The position numbers were made by a program, and so were the translations under genes. The notes beneath the pieces are model-generated. The model made no database searches. It had not been told where the DNA came from and saw only the letters and a program-made list of their open reading frames with translations. This document shows positions 61,995 to 64,000 of a stretch of DNA of 64,000 nucleotides, one piece after another. Source of the DNA: Candidatus Ozemobacteraceae bacterium (GTDB taxonomy: Bacteria > Muiribacteriota > Ozemobacteria > Ozemobacterales > Ozemobacteraceae); contig OZ223236.1 of NCBI GenBank assembly GCA_965140445.1, positions 1,856,001 to 1,920,000 of the forward strand. The letters are read 5' to 3'. Each line of letters opens with the position of its first letter. Position 1 is the stretch's first letter.

Positions 61995-62240
61995 TTACCA
62001 TTTTACGAATAAAAGAATAAGAGATACTAAAAGGCAATAAATAGCGAGAGATTCAACCATTGCAAGGCCGATGATCATAACAAATTTGATGTCTTTAGCC
62101 ATTTCTGGTTGTCTTGCCATGGCATCCATTGATTTGCCGATTACAATACTTTGCCCTATTGCTGCGAGCCCGCTGCCTACAGCAACACTGAAAGCAGCGC
62201 CAAGGGCATCTGCGACGTGACTTAGAGCCTGATAATCCAT
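61995..62240 (-). CDS. atpE: ATP synthase c subunit
   Basis: ARQPE loop and ESLAIY ion site. Confidence 0.96.
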   Translation of the reverse strand: MDYQALSHVADALGAAFSVAVGSGLAAIGQSIVIGKSMDAMARQPEMAKDIKFVMIIGLAMVESLAIYCLLVSLILLFVKW

Positions 62241-62255
62241 GAAATCCCTCCAGGA

Positions 62256-62933
62256 TCAGTGAGAATCTTCCAAAGCATTTGAAAGATAAACACCAGATAA
62301 AATTGTAAATACAAGAGCCTGTAGCAGACTCGTGAAGATTGCCATTAATAGCATTGGAATTGGTACAAGTAAAGGAAAAACATAAATGGTTAAAACTAAA
62401 ATAACTACATCTTCGCCCATTATGTTTCCGAAAAGCCTCAGAGTTAAACTGATCGGTTTGGCAAATTCTCCAATAATATGTATTGGTAACATAATTGGCA
62501 CCATCCACCAAACGGGTCCGGTGAAGTGTTTTATATAGCCAAAACCATGGGTTTTTATCCCCATAAAAAGTGTGAGAAAGAAAATTATTAAACTTAAACC
62601 CAAACAATTAGAAAATAGGCCCGTGGGGGACTTTAAACCTGGAATAATTCCCATTAAATTTGAAAGAAAAATATAGATAAAAATTGTTGATAAGACTGGA
62701 GTCAAACGAGCCAGATATTTTTCTCCAACTATGGTTTGTATAAAATCCAATAAGCCCTTGTGAATTTCTTCAAGAAGAACCTGAGGAGCACTTGGTTTCT
62801 TGGCAGACAGATTTCTAGTAATAACCCAGCAGGTAAAAGCTACAAATATAGTAACCAACCAGGGAAGAATAACACCTGGTGACACTGGTATAAAACTGAA
62901 GATATATAAGAACGGCTTTTCAAGAGCATGCAT
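62256..62933 (-). CDS. atpB: ATP synthase a subunit
   Basis: SNLMGIIPG, PISLTLRLFGNI, LQALVF. Confidence 0.96.
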   Translation of the reverse strand: MHALEKPFLYIFSFIPVSPGVILPWLVTIFVAFTCWVITRNLSAKKPSAPQVLLEEIHKGLLDFIQTIVGEKYLARLTPVLSTIFIYIFLSNLMGIIPGLKSPTGLFSNCLGLSLIIFFLTLFMGIKTHGFGYIKHFTGPVWWMVPIMLPIHIIGEFAKPISLTLRLFGNIMGEDVVILVLTIYVFPLLVPIPMLLMAIFTSLLQALVFTILSGVYLSNALEDSH

Positions 62934-63354
62934 TTTCTGATTCTATTTCTCCATCATTTGTTTCATCGGCCTTATTATTTCTGATAATTGATAAGACTAT
63001 GCCAAAAATCATGACAAGCTGACATAAGAATATACCTAATACGATTGGAATAACAGAAAAACCTATTTTGCAAAGTAAATAAGTTATGGAAAAAATGCCA
63101 AGTAACTTCAAGTTTGAAACAAAAATTGCGAGAGCTATAATCCATTTTGATAGCTTTTCAATTCTAAGCATGAATTCAGCAAGAAAAAAGAAGCTAACTG
63201 CCCCCATGGCATATCCAAAAAGTGCCTCAAAAGCCAGGATCTTTTTAAAATAGTAAATTAAAAACAATACGAGGGAAAATAAAACGCCTGAAATCAAAAT
63301 TAATCTTTCACAGGTCCTTACCTTTCTTTGAGTGCTGCTCTTTATCATATTCAA
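62920..63354 (-). CDS. AtpI-like 4-TM membrane protein
   Basis: Four hydrophobic helices, directly upstream of atpB. Confidence 0.7.
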   Translation of the reverse strand: MNMIKSSTQRKVRTCERLILISGVLFSLVLFLIYYFKKILAFEALFGYAMGAVSFFFLAEFMLRIEKLSKWIIALAIFVSNLKLLGIFSITYLLCKIGFSVIPIVLGIFLCQLVMIFGIVLSIIRNNKADETNDGEIESENACS

Positions 63355-63571
63355 AACGCCTCAGGCTTTTGCTAATCTCAACCCATAGCAGTCTTCCAGC
63401 GGCAAGAATTCCAAAGATTATTCCTGCAAAAACCCCATATGGATGAGAGCCAAAATATTTATCTAAGGATACCCCAAAAAATATTCCGATGGCAACGCAA
63501 ACTCCACAACTTATTCCAAGAGTTGCCATTCCTCCAAGACTTGCAAGGGCTTTTCTGATTTCTCCTGGCAT
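63308..63571 (-). CDS. AtpZ/AtpI-family 2-TM protein
   Basis: GIFFGVSLDKYFGSHPYG..G...G motif. First atp gene. Confidence 0.85.
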   Translation of the reverse strand: MPGEIRKALASLGGMATLGISCGVCVAIGIFFGVSLDKYFGSHPYGVFAGIIFGILAAGRLLWVEISKSLRRFEYDKEQHSKKGKDL

Positions 63572-63576
63572 TAAAG

Positions 63577-63999
63577 TTAAATCATTAAAGTGGGCTTTTG
63601 CCCTTTAATGTCTTCAATATAACACCTTAGCAACTCAGCTACACTCCATGCTTGAGCAAAACAGCCACGTGGAGTATGTGGTTGATTCCCATCGAAAATC
63701 TCTGAAATGTTTCCGATGCATCCATCGCGAGTCAGGTGGTTTCTAAATGGCTCGATCATATGCGAAGCCCGCAATTGGGCTTCCATGGAAAAATCGTTAA
63801 CCTTCAAAAAAGAGCTGATGAATGGTCCAATTAAAAATCCCCAGACTGTTCCCTGATGATATGCCCCATCCCTTTTATATCTGTCCCCGCCATAGAAACC
63901 TTCATATCTCTCATCTTCTGGTGCAAGGCTTCTGAGACCGTATGAGGTGTATAATTTTTGGAAAACCTGATCAACAATTTCCTTCTCAATGCTGTGGTC
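63577..63999 (-). CDS. Amylo-alpha-1,6-glucosidase / glycogen debranching enzyme, C-terminus (5' part outside window)
   Basis: Frame is open to the window edge: YGLRSLAP, AYHQGTVW, ISEIFDG, GCFAQAWSVAE. Confidence 0.92.
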   Translation of the reverse strand, partial: DHSIEKEIVDQVFQKLYTSYGLRSLAPEDERYEGFYGGDRYKRDGAYHQGTVWGFLIGPFISSFLKVNDFSMEAQLRASHMIEPFRNHLTRDGCIGNISEIFDGNQPHTPRGCFAQAWSVAELLRCYIEDIKGQKPTLMI

Positions 64000-64000
64000 C

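Noticed and set aside
62095..62607. 170-aa alternative-frame ORF
   Set aside because: Overlaps atpB and atpE out of frame with no recognisable content.

Overview
Gene-dense, AT-rich bacterial chromosomal window from a diderm, probably anaerobic organism (Kdo and heptose genes, an outer-membrane beta-barrel, ygfK, flagellar-type ylqG/ylqH-like genes). The taxon cannot be fixed from sequence alone. Left to right: (1) the tail of a mosaic surface-polysaccharide locus (1-8.9 kb); (2) stand-alone ygfK, kdsA and small genes, including a catalytically degenerate MNT-like protein; (3) an LPS-core/pyrG operon (DHS-fold protein, heptose kinase, GmhA-adenylyltransferase fusion, kdsB, pyrG, galE); (4) a tightly coupled operon of membrane protein, HAMP/GAF/GAF/HD-GYP protein, RecJ with an inserted domain and ComFB; (5) a 1480-aa Zn-ribbon/acidic/HEAT protein; (6) a mannose-class PTS operon headed by a HutP-like gene and interrupted by an ABC ATPase and a sugar-binding lipoprotein with no permease, with NAG repeats and a hairpin inside the operon; (7) a beta-barrel, an unannotated 43-aa Cys-rich ORF, radical SAM, rnhB, FliK-like, FlhB-like, yraN, an SLBB export protein and an ATP-cone kinase; (8) a complete F1Fo operon with divergent c and epsilon subunits, sandwiched between a glycogen debranching gene and a GH13 gene. 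No rRNA, tRNA, CRISPR or IS element was recognised. The best candidates for an undescribed system are the HutP-like/NAG-hairpin/PTS-ABC operon and the HD-GYP-RecJ-ComFB module. All family calls come from motif recognition by eye, not from database searches.
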